DNA of 64,000 bases from NCBI GenBank assembly GCA_963836235.1, contig CAWIIP010000002.1, forward strand, positions 1,216,001 to 1,280,000, written 5' to 3'. This document shows positions 19,311-28,868 of this stretch, in pieces (positions within the stretch are counted from its first letter, which is position 1; each line of letters opens with the position of its first letter). Under the pieces are notes generated by a model, which saw nothing but the letters and a program-made list of their open reading frames with translations, was not told where the DNA came from and searched no databases. The position numbers were made by a program, and so were the translations under genes. The stretch comes from an uncultured Pseudomonadota bacterium (GTDB lineage: Bacteria > Oederibacteriota > Muellerivitia > Muellerivitales > Muellerivitaceae).

Positions 19311-20426
19311 TCAAAACGAATAGGCCAGCGAAACCCCGGTGCGGCCAGGGTAAAGGTCCATCGGACCTTGCCAAGCCCCGATCAGCCATTGAGCCTGGAA
19401 GCCCAGTTCCCAGGAAGGCTCAAAGTCCCAGCTCGCCTTGGGCCAGAAAAGGAAAGGCCCCCCTTCCAAAGGCGCCACCAGGGCAAGCGTGGCTTTTGAT
19501 TGCCCGGTAACGCTGCCCCCCGCCGACATAAAAGCGTAAGTCGCCGGGACAACTTGATTCGAATAATTCCCGAGGATTTCACCCGTCTCGTCCCTTAAAA
19601 ACTCCGCCGTATACTTCACGCCCTCGTGCGAGGTGGAGACCCCTAAATTCCAATTGGAGGCCGTATGGCCATCGGGATAAAGCCAATCCACGCCTTCCAA
19701 ACGCACCTGGACCGTGGGAAAGGTTCCCACCGCCTCCAGGCCGAAACCATTGCGGCCCGTCATCCAGGCCAGGCTGGGAGTGAAGGTAATGCCGATGCCC
19801 TTGTCCACCAGTTTCAAAACCCCGTTGGCGGTCCCCCCTTCAAGCCACCGCGCCGCCCCTTCCAGGCTCAGGTCGTCGAACAGGAAGCAGGTAGCGTCCA
19901 ACCCTTCGCTCCCCAGGGGTTCTTCCCCCTGCCATTGGAGGGGGGACAAGGGGAAAAAATAATCGGTGGGCCGGTAAAAATAAGAATAACCCCACTGGGG
20001 TTTAAAAAGGCCCGCCGTCACGTCCAGCCGCCCGGTGGCCAGGTGAAGGTAAGCCCGTTCCAGTTCCAGGAGATAATGATTGGTTCCCGCTTCGGAGTCG
20101 TCATTGTCCGTCTCGAGGTTGAGGACATTTTCCACCGGATATTCGGGCTCGGACGGCGGCATGGGTTTTCCCGAGGTCTGCCAACCCGCTTCCCCCTCCA
20201 ACCCATAGGAAAGGCCGGAAAAAAGGTCCTGGTGGCTTCCCAGGGAAAGCCGGGAATATTGGTAAGCCGATAAGGAATTCCCGGGCGTCTGAAAACTACC
20301 CCCCTCGGCGCTGATTTGCCCGGAGAGGATTTGTGTTTCGTCTTCATCTTCCGCGGCCCACAAGGGTTGAAGGGCCGGAAGCAGGAACCCCAATAGAAGA
20401 ACAAAGAACCTCAAACAAAAACCCAT
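19311..20426 (-). CDS. Putative outer-membrane beta-barrel protein
   Basis: Signal peptide from MGFCLRFF; LERAYL, amphipathic strands, terminal VSLAYSF. Confidence 0.7.
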   Translation of the reverse strand: MGFCLRFFVLLLGFLLPALQPLWAAEDEDETQILSGQISAEGGSFQTPGNSLSAYQYSRLSLGSHQDLFSGLSYGLEGEAGWQTSGKPMPPSEPEYPVENVLNLETDNDDSEAGTNHYLLELERAYLHLATGRLDVTAGLFKPQWGYSYFYRPTDYFFPLSPLQWQGEEPLGSEGLDATCFLFDDLSLEGAARWLEGGTANGVLKLVDKGIGITFTPSLAWMTGRNGFGLEAVGTFPTVQVRLEGVDWLYPDGHTASNWNLGVSTSHEGVKYTAEFLRDETGEILGNYSNQVVPATYAFMSAGGSVTGQSKATLALVAPLEGGPFLFWPKASWDFEPSWELGFQAQWLIGAWQGPMDLYPGRTGVSLAYSF

Positions 20427-20493
20427 TTCATCACGAACGATGAAAGACAAGGATGTTAAAAAGATGTTGTGAACCTGATCCCTTTTCCCGTTT

Positions 20494-20525
20494 TTCTTGG
20501 TGCCCTTCGTGTCTTCGTGGTTCAA
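20494..20525. repeat. Solo GxxExxY-associated repeat arm
   Basis: TTCTTGGTGCCCTTCGTGTCTTCGTGGTTCAA, 11 nt past the cobB stop. Confidence 0.8.
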
Positions 20526-20536
20526 AGAGCCTTTAT

Positions 20537-21289
20537 TCATGAATTCGTTTCCTCGAGAAGTTTCTCCCGCAACAATTCTAACGCTTCCCCCGCTGGGGAC
20601 CGAACCGAAAGGGCGACTTGCTTGGAAAGCGGTGTTTCCTCGGGATTGATCTCGATCACCAGCTTACCCCGCCGAAGCGGATCTTCCGGCAAGGCGGCGG
20701 CGGGATAAACCAGGGCCGAGGTCCCGATGACGAGAAAAGCGTCGCAGTCCCGGGCGGCTTCCTCGGCTTGGGCCCAAGGTTCCGGCGGCAACCCCTCGCC
20801 GAACCAAACCACTCCCGGCCTTAAAAGGGCGCCGCATTGCGGGCAGTGGGGTGGAAGATTCACCAGTTCATGCCTATCTTCCCATTCGCCACAGGAAGGG
20901 GAGCCAGTGCAACGCACCATCCACAGGCTTCCATGCAATTCAATGGGCCTGCGGCTTCCCGCCTTGTTATGAAGCCGGTCCACGTTTTGGGTGATCAAGG
21001 CCACTTCCGGGAAAAACGCTTCCATCCAGGCCAAGACCTCGTGGCCAGGGTTGGGTTCAGCCCCCGCCACTTGGCGTCGCCGTGCCTCGTACCATTCCCA
21101 AACAGTTTTGGGGTCTTTGGCGAAAGCCTCGGGTGTTGCCAATTTTAATGGATCAGCCTTTTCCCATTGGCCCCCCACGCCTCTAAAAGTCGCGATACCC
21201 GATTCCGCCGATATGCCCGCGCCGGTCAGAACCGTAACTTTTTTACATTTTGAGAGCCGTTGGAGAATGTCTTGCGGAAAGAGGTCCAC
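20537..21289 (-). CDS. cobB: NAD-dependent protein deacylase (class III sirtuin)
   Basis: TGAGISAESG, YEARR, TQNVD, ELHG, RPGVVWFGE, GTS. Confidence 0.95.
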   Translation of the reverse strand: MDLFPQDILQRLSKCKKVTVLTGAGISAESGIATFRGVGGQWEKADPLKLATPEAFAKDPKTVWEWYEARRRQVAGAEPNPGHEVLAWMEAFFPEVALITQNVDRLHNKAGSRRPIELHGSLWMVRCTGSPSCGEWEDRHELVNLPPHCPQCGALLRPGVVWFGEGLPPEPWAQAEEAARDCDAFLVIGTSALVYPAAALPEDPLRRGKLVIEINPEETPLSKQVALSVRSPAGEALELLREKLLEETNS

Positions 21290-21291
21290 GC

Positions 21292-22278
21292 TTATTGTTT
21301 CTTATAATAGGAGGCGGCATCCGGCGCCGCCTTGGAGAAGGTTGGGTAGCCGCCCTTCTCGTCGTGGTCTTCCCAAGCCAGGACTTTCCCGGTTTCCGAA
21401 TTGAGGATATAGATGACGTTGTGGGAAACTTCCCCTTTTCCCGTGAAATGAACCGCCGCCATGACCAGGCGCTTATGATCCTTTCGGAAGAGGGCCAGGG
21501 ACATTTCCCCGATGGGCCCGGGGGCGAAGGGCAAGTGGGTTTTCCAATTGACCTGTTTCTTCGGGCCGAAGGAAAGAACATCCCCGGGGGCCGCGTCGGC
21601 CACGTAGGTATTGGCCCAGGGATCCCGAACCGCGTCCCGGGCGTCCTTGAGCCCGTCCTCCGGGCCCAGGGTGAAAACGACCTTGTCTTCCTGGAAATAA
21701 ATTTCCTCGATCGTCGAGTCCTTGAGGATCACCAGGTAATTCCCGCTGTCGGTGCAAAGATGCACCCGCCGGGGGGGCGCGGGAAGCTTGTATTCCCATC
21801 GGATCTTCGGATTCTTGGACTTGGCGTCCGCCAGGAAGAGCCGCTGGTTGAGGCTGTCGGCGGCCAGGATCAGGGCGGGATTATCCTTCTCGTCCCAATT
21901 GGCCACCACGGCGCTTTCCACCTTGATCCCCTCAAAATCGCTCCAATCCCAGAGGGTTTTGCATCCCTTCCAGATTTTCTGAATCAGGGCCACTTGGGAC
22001 GAGGCTCCCGTCACCAGGTAAGTACCGGGTTGGGGTTCGGACTGGACGTCTTGGAGGGGGCCGTCGAAGGAACAATCCCAATTCATTTTGCCCCGGTGAA
22101 TATGGAAGAGATGGTTGTGCTTCTTTCCGCAAAGGATAAGATCAGGAATGAGCGATGGGGGAGAGGGAGCCTGGGTATAACCCGCGCCCGGAACGCAAAA
22201 AGCGACCGTTCCGACGGCCCACAAAATAACAAAATGAAAGCGGATGGCTGTTCCCTTTACCACTGTCTTCATGTGCAC
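21292..22278 (-). CDS. Hypothetical exported beta-propeller-like protein
   Basis: Signal-like N-terminus; LILAADS, TYVADA, IRWEY repeats; overlaps the upstream gene. Confidence 0.6.
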   Translation of the reverse strand: MHMKTVVKGTAIRFHFVILWAVGTVAFCVPGAGYTQAPSPPSLIPDLILCGKKHNHLFHIHRGKMNWDCSFDGPLQDVQSEPQPGTYLVTGASSQVALIQKIWKGCKTLWDWSDFEGIKVESAVVANWDEKDNPALILAADSLNQRLFLADAKSKNPKIRWEYKLPAPPRRVHLCTDSGNYLVILKDSTIEEIYFQEDKVVFTLGPEDGLKDARDAVRDPWANTYVADAAPGDVLSFGPKKQVNWKTHLPFAPGPIGEMSLALFRKDHKRLVMAAVHFTGKGEVSHNVIYILNSETGKVLAWEDHDEKGGYPTFSKAAPDAASYYKKQ

Positions 22279-22745
22279 CAGAATCGAATCAACTCAAAAC
22301 TGCGGTTGGCCTCCCGGATGCGGGAGCAAAGGGTATTGACCAGAATATCCTGGATACGCAAAGCGGTGCCGGGATGTTCCCTTTGCAGTTTTTCGTATTC
22401 TTCAAGGGACAGGTAAAAAAGGATGGCGTTTTCTTCCACGATGGCGTCCGCCGACCTCGGTGTCCCGTCGATCAAGGCCATCTCCCCGAAAAGGTTTCCG
22501 GCGGTCAAAACCGCCAGAAGCATTTCTTGGGGCGTCTTTTTCCCTTCCGGGACGACCTGTTTGCTGATCTTCACCTTGCCCGCCCGGATAAAGTAAAAAC
22601 CGTCTCCCGGTTCCTTTTCCCGGAAAACCATTTGCCCGATGTTCGGGCGAACTTCCCTGAGCCTGTCGGCCAGAATGACCCAATCTTGTTCTTGAAATCC
22701 ACGGTAGGGAGCGGCCGTCTTAAAAACCGAAAGATCCACAGCCAT
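22269..22745 (-). CDS. Stand-alone cyclic-nucleotide-binding domain protein
   Basis: FGEMALIDGTPRSADA; no HTH; GGAGG RBS. Confidence 0.88.
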   Translation of the reverse strand: MAVDLSVFKTAAPYRGFQEQDWVILADRLREVRPNIGQMVFREKEPGDGFYFIRAGKVKISKQVVPEGKKTPQEMLLAVLTAGNLFGEMALIDGTPRSADAIVEENAILFYLSLEEYEKLQREHPGTALRIQDILVNTLCSRIREANRSFELIRFWCT

Positions 22746-22761
22746 GAAAACCTCCAAAGGG

Positions 22762-23233
22762 TTGAACCACCAAGACACCAAGGGCACCAAGAAAAGCTTA
22801 ATTATAAAACGATTCTCTTGATTCCGTTTTTAATCAACGGAACATTAAAGTTGATAAGCAAACCCAGTCTTTGATTTGTGATTTTTAAATACGTTATCAC
22901 TTGCGCCTCATGAACCGGTTGAAGATTCTCAATCGCTTTTAACTCGACAATAAGTCTTTCTTGAACAAGTAAATCAATCCTGAATCCGATTTCCATTCTT
23001 TCGCCGTCATAAATCAATGGCACTTCAACTTGACGTTCAACCTTAAGGCCTCGCTTTTGCAATTCACGAAAAAGACATGCCTCGTAAGCGCTTTCTAACA
23101 ATCCAGGTCCGAAATGTTTATGTATTTTATAGGCCGCATCTACCACTTCAGCCGCAATCTTATCTAGTTGAGTATCTATTTTTTCAAAACTCATTTTTCC
23201 GTTCTTGGTGCCCTTAGTGTCTTGGTGGTTCAA
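22762..23233. mobile_element. Putative GxxExxY element bounded by ~32-bp inverted repeats
   Basis: TTGAACCACCAAGACACCAAGGGCACCAAGAA (22762-22793) / TTCTTGGTGCCCTTAGTGTCTTGGTGGTTCAA (23202-23233), one mismatch. Confidence 0.75.
22802..23194 (-). CDS. GxxExxY PD-(D/E)XK nuclease-family protein
   Basis: GPGLLESAY, RIDLLV...VELKA, QVITYLK; more AT-rich than neighbours. Confidence 0.93.
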   Translation of the reverse strand: MSFEKIDTQLDKIAAEVVDAAYKIHKHFGPGLLESAYEACLFRELQKRGLKVERQVEVPLIYDGERMEIGFRIDLLVQERLIVELKAIENLQPVHEAQVITYLKITNQRLGLLINFNVPLIKNGIKRIVL

Positions 23234-23234
23234 T

Positions 23235-24662
23235 CTAGATTTTTCCTTTAAGGTCGTTGATGAACTGCCTCGCGGTGCGTCCTGACCGGACGTTGTTGGA
23301 CTTTTCCCATTGAACCGCCCGGGCATGCAGTTCCTGGGGTTTCATCTTGATGCCTTCCGCCTTGGCCCAGCTGTCCACCATTTTAAAGTAGGTTTCCTGG
23401 TCGGGGGCGTAAAAGGAGATCACCAGGCCGAAACGATCGGCCAGGGAAAGTTTTTCCTCGACCGTATCCGCTCCGTGGATTTCTCCTTCTTTCTGGAGGC
23501 CGCCCAAACGATCGTCGAAAAATTCTCGGATCAAATGCCTGCGGTTGGAAGTGGCGATCAGAATAACGTTACGGGGGGTAGCTTCTACCGCGCCCTCCAT
23601 CAGGGCTTTCAACCCTTTATAAGAAGTCTCATTTTCTTCGAAGGAAAGGTCGTCCACGAAAAGGATGAATTTCTCCTGGCGTCCCCTTAAATAAGGAAAG
23701 ATATCATGGAGGTTCTTTAGTTCCCTCGGCGTCACCTCCACCAGCCGTAGTCCTTTCTCCTGGTACTGGTTCAGAAGGGCCTTGACCGTGGAGGACTTGC
23801 CCGTTCCCCTTTCGCCATAGAGGAGGGTGTTGTTCGCGGGCTTGCCCGCCACGAAGGCTTCGATGTTTTCAATCAGTGGCCGGCGTTGTTCGTCGTAGCC
23901 CACCAGGTTTTCCAGGCGAATGGGGTCCGCCGCTTCTATTCCGACCAGTTCCCCCTTCCCTTTCCCGCGATCCTCCCATCGGAAGGCCCGGTAACGCCCA
24001 AAAAGACCCCAACCGTTTTTGAAAAAATGCCCGGCGACTTCGGTTAAAAGATGGTTTCCTTTGGCGCCGGAAAGAAGGCTTCGTTTCATTTTCTCCCGGG
24101 CTTGAAGCCCGGGGGTAAGGGGCTGGTCCCCGGCCCATCCACCTTCGCCTTCCAGCGACGGAGGCGCCTCTTTTCCCATCAAATCGGATTTATCTCGGTA
24201 CTCGGCCTCCCAATCGGTTTTCAATATTTTTTGGACTGTTCCCAATTCCGCCAGGTAAGCGCGGCTTAAAGAAGATCCGATTTGGGAAAGGGGCGCCAGT
24301 TCCGCTTTGCGGTTAAAAGGATTGTCATTTTCCAGGAGCTTTTCCAGGAAATGGTCCTGCAGGATATTTCCCACCCGGGGATGCCGGATGAACTCCTCTT
24401 GCTTCACCAGCGTCTTCCACAATTGGCCGTAACGCCGGGGACCCTTGGAGGGTTGCCTATCCTCCTTGGCCAGCCACTTTAAGAGCCTCCGGAATTCCAG
24501 ACCGGCCTCATCCAAGAAAATATCCACCAGCAACACCAGGGAGTTCAAGCCTTCCAACGCCTTGCGGGCCGTCAGGGAAGCTTTCGGGCTGGGTTTTATT
24601 TTTTCTTTTTCCAATTTTATTTTTGAGCCGCGCGTCATTTTTTTCTCCGATAGGAGGGCCAT
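23235..24662 (-). CDS. DUF815 family AAA+ ATPase
   Basis: GERGTGKSS, FVDDLSFE, ATSNRRH, SLADRFG, RSGRTARQF. Confidence 0.9.
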   Translation of the reverse strand: MALLSEKKMTRGSKIKLEKEKIKPSPKASLTARKALEGLNSLVLLVDIFLDEAGLEFRRLLKWLAKEDRQPSKGPRRYGQLWKTLVKQEEFIRHPRVGNILQDHFLEKLLENDNPFNRKAELAPLSQIGSSLSRAYLAELGTVQKILKTDWEAEYRDKSDLMGKEAPPSLEGEGGWAGDQPLTPGLQAREKMKRSLLSGAKGNHLLTEVAGHFFKNGWGLFGRYRAFRWEDRGKGKGELVGIEAADPIRLENLVGYDEQRRPLIENIEAFVAGKPANNTLLYGERGTGKSSTVKALLNQYQEKGLRLVEVTPRELKNLHDIFPYLRGRQEKFILFVDDLSFEENETSYKGLKALMEGAVEATPRNVILIATSNRRHLIREFFDDRLGGLQKEGEIHGADTVEEKLSLADRFGLVISFYAPDQETYFKMVDSWAKAEGIKMKPQELHARAVQWEKSNNVRSGRTARQFINDLKGKI

Positions 24663-24735
24663 TTTACGCCTTTTTGAACTAGACGCATCTTTTTTTCCCC
24701 CTGCGTGAGGCCTACTATATGAGGAAAGGTGAATC

Positions 24736-25893
24736 GTGTCGAAAACACTGTCTCTCGAACAATTACTGACGGACCGCACCACCGAAGGATTGCTTTATGA
24801 AAAGCTTTCTGAAAACCGGGTGCAATGTTACGCCTGCGCCCATCGCTGCCGCGTCCCGGAAGGAAAAAAAGGCATCTGCAAGGTCCGTTATAATGAGGGC
24901 GGAATGTTGCGGGTTCCCCACAATTACGTGGGCGCCCTGCAGGTGGACCCCATCGAGAAGAAACCCTTCTTTCACGCCCTTCCGGGCAGCCAGGCCTTTT
25001 CCTTCGGCATGCTGGGCTGTGATTATCACTGCGATTACTGCCAAAACTGGATCACCAGCCAAGCCTTAAGGGACCCGGCTTCCGAGCAAAATGGGGCCCG
25101 TCCCAGAGACCTGACCGCCCGGGAACTGGCCGCCACCGCCCTCAAACACAAATGTCAAACCGTAACCTCCACTTACAACGAACCCTTGATCACCAGCGAA
25201 TGGGCCGTGGAGGTTTTCAAGGAGGCCCGGACCAATGGGCTTTTAACCTCCTACGTTTCCAACGGCAACGCCACGAAGGAAGTGCTGGAGTTTATCCGGC
25301 CCTGGGTGGACCTCTATAAGGTCGATTTGAAATGCTTCAACGACAAAACCTACCGCCGCAACATCGGGGGCACGCTGAAGCCCGTACTGGAATCCATTGA
25401 GCGGTTGAAAGCCATGGGTTTCTGGCTGGAAATCGTGACGCTGGTGGTTCCGGGAATGAACGATAGCGAAAAGGAACTGGCGGATATCGCGCGTTTCCTG
25501 GCCTCTATTTCCAGGGATATCCCCTGGCACGTCACCGCCTTCCATCCGGACTATAAAATGGAGGACCGGGAATGGACCGACCCGGATAAGTTGAACGTGA
25601 GTTACCAGATCGGCAAGGAAGCAGGCCTGCGTTATGTCTATTCGGGAAACCGCCCCGGCGAAGTCGGCACCACCGAAAACACCTATTGCCCTTCTTGCGG
25701 TGAACTTTTGATCGAACGTTACGGCTTTCAAGTCATGAGAAACCTGCTGGGGCCGGAGGGCGAATGCCCGAAATGCTCCACCCTTATCCCGGGTGTTTGG
25801 AAAATCCCTTCCCGTGAACCTAACGCGGTCATCCCCCTCGAAAAAACTCCCCACGCCGATAAAGCACTTACGGAAATCCCAAAATCCGAATAA
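24736..25893 (+). CDS. AmmeMemoRadiSam system radical SAM enzyme
   Basis: CYACAHRC, DPIEKKPFFH, CDYHCDYCQNW, HVTAFHPDYK, C-terminal CxxC pairs. Confidence 0.92.
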   Translation: MSKTLSLEQLLTDRTTEGLLYEKLSENRVQCYACAHRCRVPEGKKGICKVRYNEGGMLRVPHNYVGALQVDPIEKKPFFHALPGSQAFSFGMLGCDYHCDYCQNWITSQALRDPASEQNGARPRDLTARELAATALKHKCQTVTSTYNEPLITSEWAVEVFKEARTNGLLTSYVSNGNATKEVLEFIRPWVDLYKVDLKCFNDKTYRRNIGGTLKPVLESIERLKAMGFWLEIVTLVVPGMNDSEKELADIARFLASISRDIPWHVTAFHPDYKMEDREWTDPDKLNVSYQIGKEAGLRYVYSGNRPGEVGTTENTYCPSCGELLIERYGFQVMRNLLGPEGECPKCSTLIPGVWKIPSREPNAVIPLEKTPHADKALTEIPKSE

Positions 25894-25936
25894 AATAACG
25901 CCCCAGCCAATCCACTTCCTGATGAGGCAATAAACC

Positions 25937-26635
25937 TTGTTCGTTACTTTCGTCGAGGATACCCCGGCTTCCAAAAAAATCCCTTGGGCCAATACCATTA
26001 TGATTCTTGTGAACGTGGTAGTGGCCTATCAAACCATCAACCGTCCGGATTTCCCAAAAATCCTGGACCATTACGGTTTTATCCCCGTTCGCCACTTGGG
26101 GATCGGAATTCTAACGGGACTTTTCCTTCAAAGCAGTTGGACCCAGTTGGTGGCCAACATGACCTTCCTTTATATGTTCGGCAAGGGCGTGGAACAACGG
26201 CTGGGGAGGTTGAACTATTTGATCGCTTATTTCGTCGTGGGGCTGGCCAGCGAGGGCGTCCATTGGTATTTCAACCGGGAGAGCGTTCTTCCTCTCATCG
26301 GGGCCTCCCGAATCGTCACGGGCTTAGGGGCCATCTACCTTATGCTTTATCCCTGGGGGAAGATGAAATGGTTCTTTTCCTTTTTCGGCGTGCCCCTCCT
26401 GGAAATACCTTCTCGAACCATCTTCGTCATGGGATTCTGGGCCGCTGTCCAGGCCGGCATGGCTTTCTTCCCCTGGTCCCGCTTCGCCGGTCTTTTTCAA
26501 TCCTTAACGAAGATGGGCATCTCTCTTTTTACCGTGAACCCCACGGCGGGCACCGCCTGGCGGGCCCACTTGGGGGCGTTGGCGGCGGGGTTCGTCCTGC
26601 ATTTCCTGATGCCCCAGAAAAAATCCAAGAGGTAG
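25937..26635 (+). CDS. Divergent rhomboid family protein
   Basis: IGAS and AHLG retained; the HxxxxHxxxN motif reads QSSWTQLVAN. Confidence 0.8.
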   Translation: MFVTFVEDTPASKKIPWANTIMILVNVVVAYQTINRPDFPKILDHYGFIPVRHLGIGILTGLFLQSSWTQLVANMTFLYMFGKGVEQRLGRLNYLIAYFVVGLASEGVHWYFNRESVLPLIGASRIVTGLGAIYLMLYPWGKMKWFFSFFGVPLLEIPSRTIFVMGFWAAVQAGMAFFPWSRFAGLFQSLTKMGISLFTVNPTAGTAWRAHLGALAAGFVLHFLMPQKKSKR

Positions 26636-26638
26636 GCT

Positions 26639-27283
26639 ATGTTCTGGTTCCTTCCGGTACAAGAGGGTAACCCTCCCCGCCAGTTTCCCCTGGCGAACGT
26701 GTTGCTGATCACCTTAAATTTTTACGTCTTTTTCAAGACCATTTCCCGCCGGTCTTTTGACCATATCGTCTCGCAGTACGGTTTTACCCCCGCCCACCCC
26801 CATTTCCAGAACGTGATTTCGTCCATGTTCCTGCACGCGGGGTTCGCCCATATCCTGGGCAACATGTATTTCCTTTATGTTTTCGGGGACAAGGTGGAGG
26901 AACGGCTGGGAAAGGTGAACTATCTCATCGCCTACCTGCTCTCGGGATTCGGCGCCTGTTACCTGCAATATTCTGTTGATCCCCATTCGACTTTGCCGCT
27001 GGTCGGCGCTTCGGGGGCCATCTCCGGCATTTGCGCCCTTTATATGGTGATGTTCCCCTGGCAGAAAATGCGCCTGCAATTTTTCTTTATCGTCTTCCCG
27101 ATCTTTTCCATCCCGGTCCGGGCTGTTCTCGTGGTGGGAGTCTGGTTTCTGGAACAGTATTTCATGGCCATCGCTTCAAACCCGATGATGGGGGGCGTGG
27201 CCTTCTGGGCCCATGTGGGAGGCTTCCTGACAGGACTCGTCCTCTTCGCTTTCATGGACTCGGGTAAAAACAAGAAAGCCTGA
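26639..27283 (+). CDS. Rhomboid intramembrane serine protease
   Basis: MFLHAGFAHILGNM, GASGAISG, AHVGGF. Confidence 0.93.
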   Translation: MFWFLPVQEGNPPRQFPLANVLLITLNFYVFFKTISRRSFDHIVSQYGFTPAHPHFQNVISSMFLHAGFAHILGNMYFLYVFGDKVEERLGKVNYLIAYLLSGFGACYLQYSVDPHSTLPLVGASGAISGICALYMVMFPWQKMRLQFFFIVFPIFSIPVRAVLVVGVWFLEQYFMAIASNPMMGGVAFWAHVGGFLTGLVLFAFMDSGKNKKA

Positions 27284-27307
27284 GAAGCAAAACAACTTTT
27301 TTGATTT

Positions 27308-28660
27308 TTATGAGGGACGTTTTATCAGAAGTATCCTCTTGAGTTTGACCCCTTCCGACTCGGTCAGGTAAAGAATATAAACCCCGCTAGCACAGTTATC
27401 CCCGTACTTGTTTTTTCCGTTCCAGGTATAAGCCCTTTGAAAAGGCGCGGAGATGGTTTGGTCATTATCCAGGGTCAGGATATGCTCCCCCGCCGAATTG
27501 TAAATCATCAGGCTGTAGATGCCCGAATAGGGGTATTGGACTTCGATGGAAACGGGCCCCTGGCTGGGAACCAGCAAATTTCGGGAAACGTAAAAAACAT
27601 CCGCGTTGTTCAGTGTAGCCGTCGGCGTGGCGGTGATCGTTGGGGTGAAAGTCACCGTAAAGGTGTTGGTGACCGTGGGGGTTAAAGTAATCGTATAGGT
27701 CGCCGTGTTGGTGGAAGTGGAAGTGACCGTATAAGTGGACGTGGGTGAGAATGTGGCCGTCGGGGTGGAAGTAACGGTGAAAGTGTCCGTGACCGTGGGA
27801 GTGGAAGTGGCCGTAAAGCTGGCCGTGCTGGTAGGAGTGGAAGTAACCGTATAAGTAGCCGTGGAGGTAGCGGTATTGGTCGCAGTGGAGGTGAGGGTAG
27901 AAGTACTCGTATCAGTGGGAGTGGAAGTAGGCGTCAAGGTGGCCGTGTTGGTGGCGGTGGAAGTGAAAGTAAAAGTGTCCGTGGATGAATAGGTGGCGGT
28001 CGGGGTGGAGGTAGGGGTAAAGGTACTCGTAACCGTCGGAGTGGAAGTGGCCGTAAAGCTGGCCGTGCTGGTGGCGGTGGAAGTCAACGTAAAGGTATCC
28101 GTGGGTGTAGGTGTGGCGGTAGGGGTTGGGGTGAGGGTAAAGGTACTGGTAACCGTATGGGTGGAGGTTGCCGTAGCGGTGGCGGTCTTAGTAGGCGTGG
28201 AGCTGGGGGTATTGGTAAAGCAGTCGACCGTGTAAGAGACCGGAACGGGGGTAGGGAAAGCCACCGGGGGTGAACCGTAATAAATAGTGTCGTCGTCAAA
28301 AAAAGAGCTGGTGTTGCAAGTCGTAATTTGCACCGTGACCGTGACCGCGACGTTCGTATTTGGGGGAACGGTTCCCACGTCCCAAACCACCGCCCCTCCG
28401 GCGGTGAGGGCGCAAGGCGCCCCGGAACAGGAAACGTAAGTGACATCCGTGGGAAGGGTGTCAATGATCGTAACATTGGTCAAAGTCGGGTTCGTGGAGG
28501 GATTGGTAAAGCTGGGGATAAAGGACACGTTTTGACCGAGAACGAATTGGGCCTTGGCGAGTGAAAAGCCAAGGAGCCAAAGAAACGCGGAACCTAAAAA
28601 TATTTTCCACAACCGCCCGCCGGACCGACCCATCATGATTTTTTTGATAAAGGCCCACAT
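27308..28660 (-). CDS. Secreted DUF11-like domain + Thr/Pro linker + FlgD-Ig/T9SS-CTD-like protein
   Basis: NVTIIDTLP, VVWDVG; long T/S/P tract; IYNSAGEHI...WNGKN...ASGVY...KRILLIK; start uncertain (28660 or about 28636). Confidence 0.8.
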   Translation of the reverse strand: MWAFIKKIMMGRSGGRLWKIFLGSAFLWLLGFSLAKAQFVLGQNVSFIPSFTNPSTNPTLTNVTIIDTLPTDVTYVSCSGAPCALTAGGAVVWDVGTVPPNTNVAVTVTVQITTCNTSSFFDDDTIYYGSPPVAFPTPVPVSYTVDCFTNTPSSTPTKTATATATSTHTVTSTFTLTPTPTATPTPTDTFTLTSTATSTASFTATSTPTVTSTFTPTSTPTATYSSTDTFTFTSTATNTATLTPTSTPTDTSTSTLTSTATNTATSTATYTVTSTPTSTASFTATSTPTVTDTFTVTSTPTATFSPTSTYTVTSTSTNTATYTITLTPTVTNTFTVTFTPTITATPTATLNNADVFYVSRNLLVPSQGPVSIEVQYPYSGIYSLMIYNSAGEHILTLDNDQTISAPFQRAYTWNGKNKYGDNCASGVYILYLTESEGVKLKRILLIKRPS

Positions 28661-28868
28661 TTGATTTAATAGCCCTTCAAGGCTGGCTGGCCCGTTTACC
28701 GACCAGCGACGAATGGAAAATGGATCATTAACAAGTGCCTAAGTTTATCACGAAATTCCAAGGCTGGTTGGGGCCAAGAGCAGGGGGAAAGGAGGATGGA
28801 TATTTAATCCCAAAACCTGAAGAGCGCCTAAAACAGTGAAAAGCAGGAACACCTAAAAAAAAATTGGA

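Noticed and set aside
21250-22416. 388-aa plus-strand ORF
   Set aside because: Antisense to coupled minus-strand genes that fit the operon
22762-23233. Recurring ~30-bp repeats as a CRISPR array
   Set aside because: Copies are inverted and dispersed, with no regular spacers and no cas genes
23195-23326. N-terminal extensions of ORFs 22802..23326, 19311..20540, 22269..22790 and ORF 12593..12829
   Set aside because: They are translations of the repeat arm (LNHQDTKGTK or its complement); better downstream starts exist
20537-24662. Sirtuin + cNMP-binding + nuclease + AAA ATPase as an anti-phage operon
   Set aside because: The sirtuin is a canonical CobB, DUF815 is a common stand-alone ATPase, and the nuclease looks independently inserted within its own repeats
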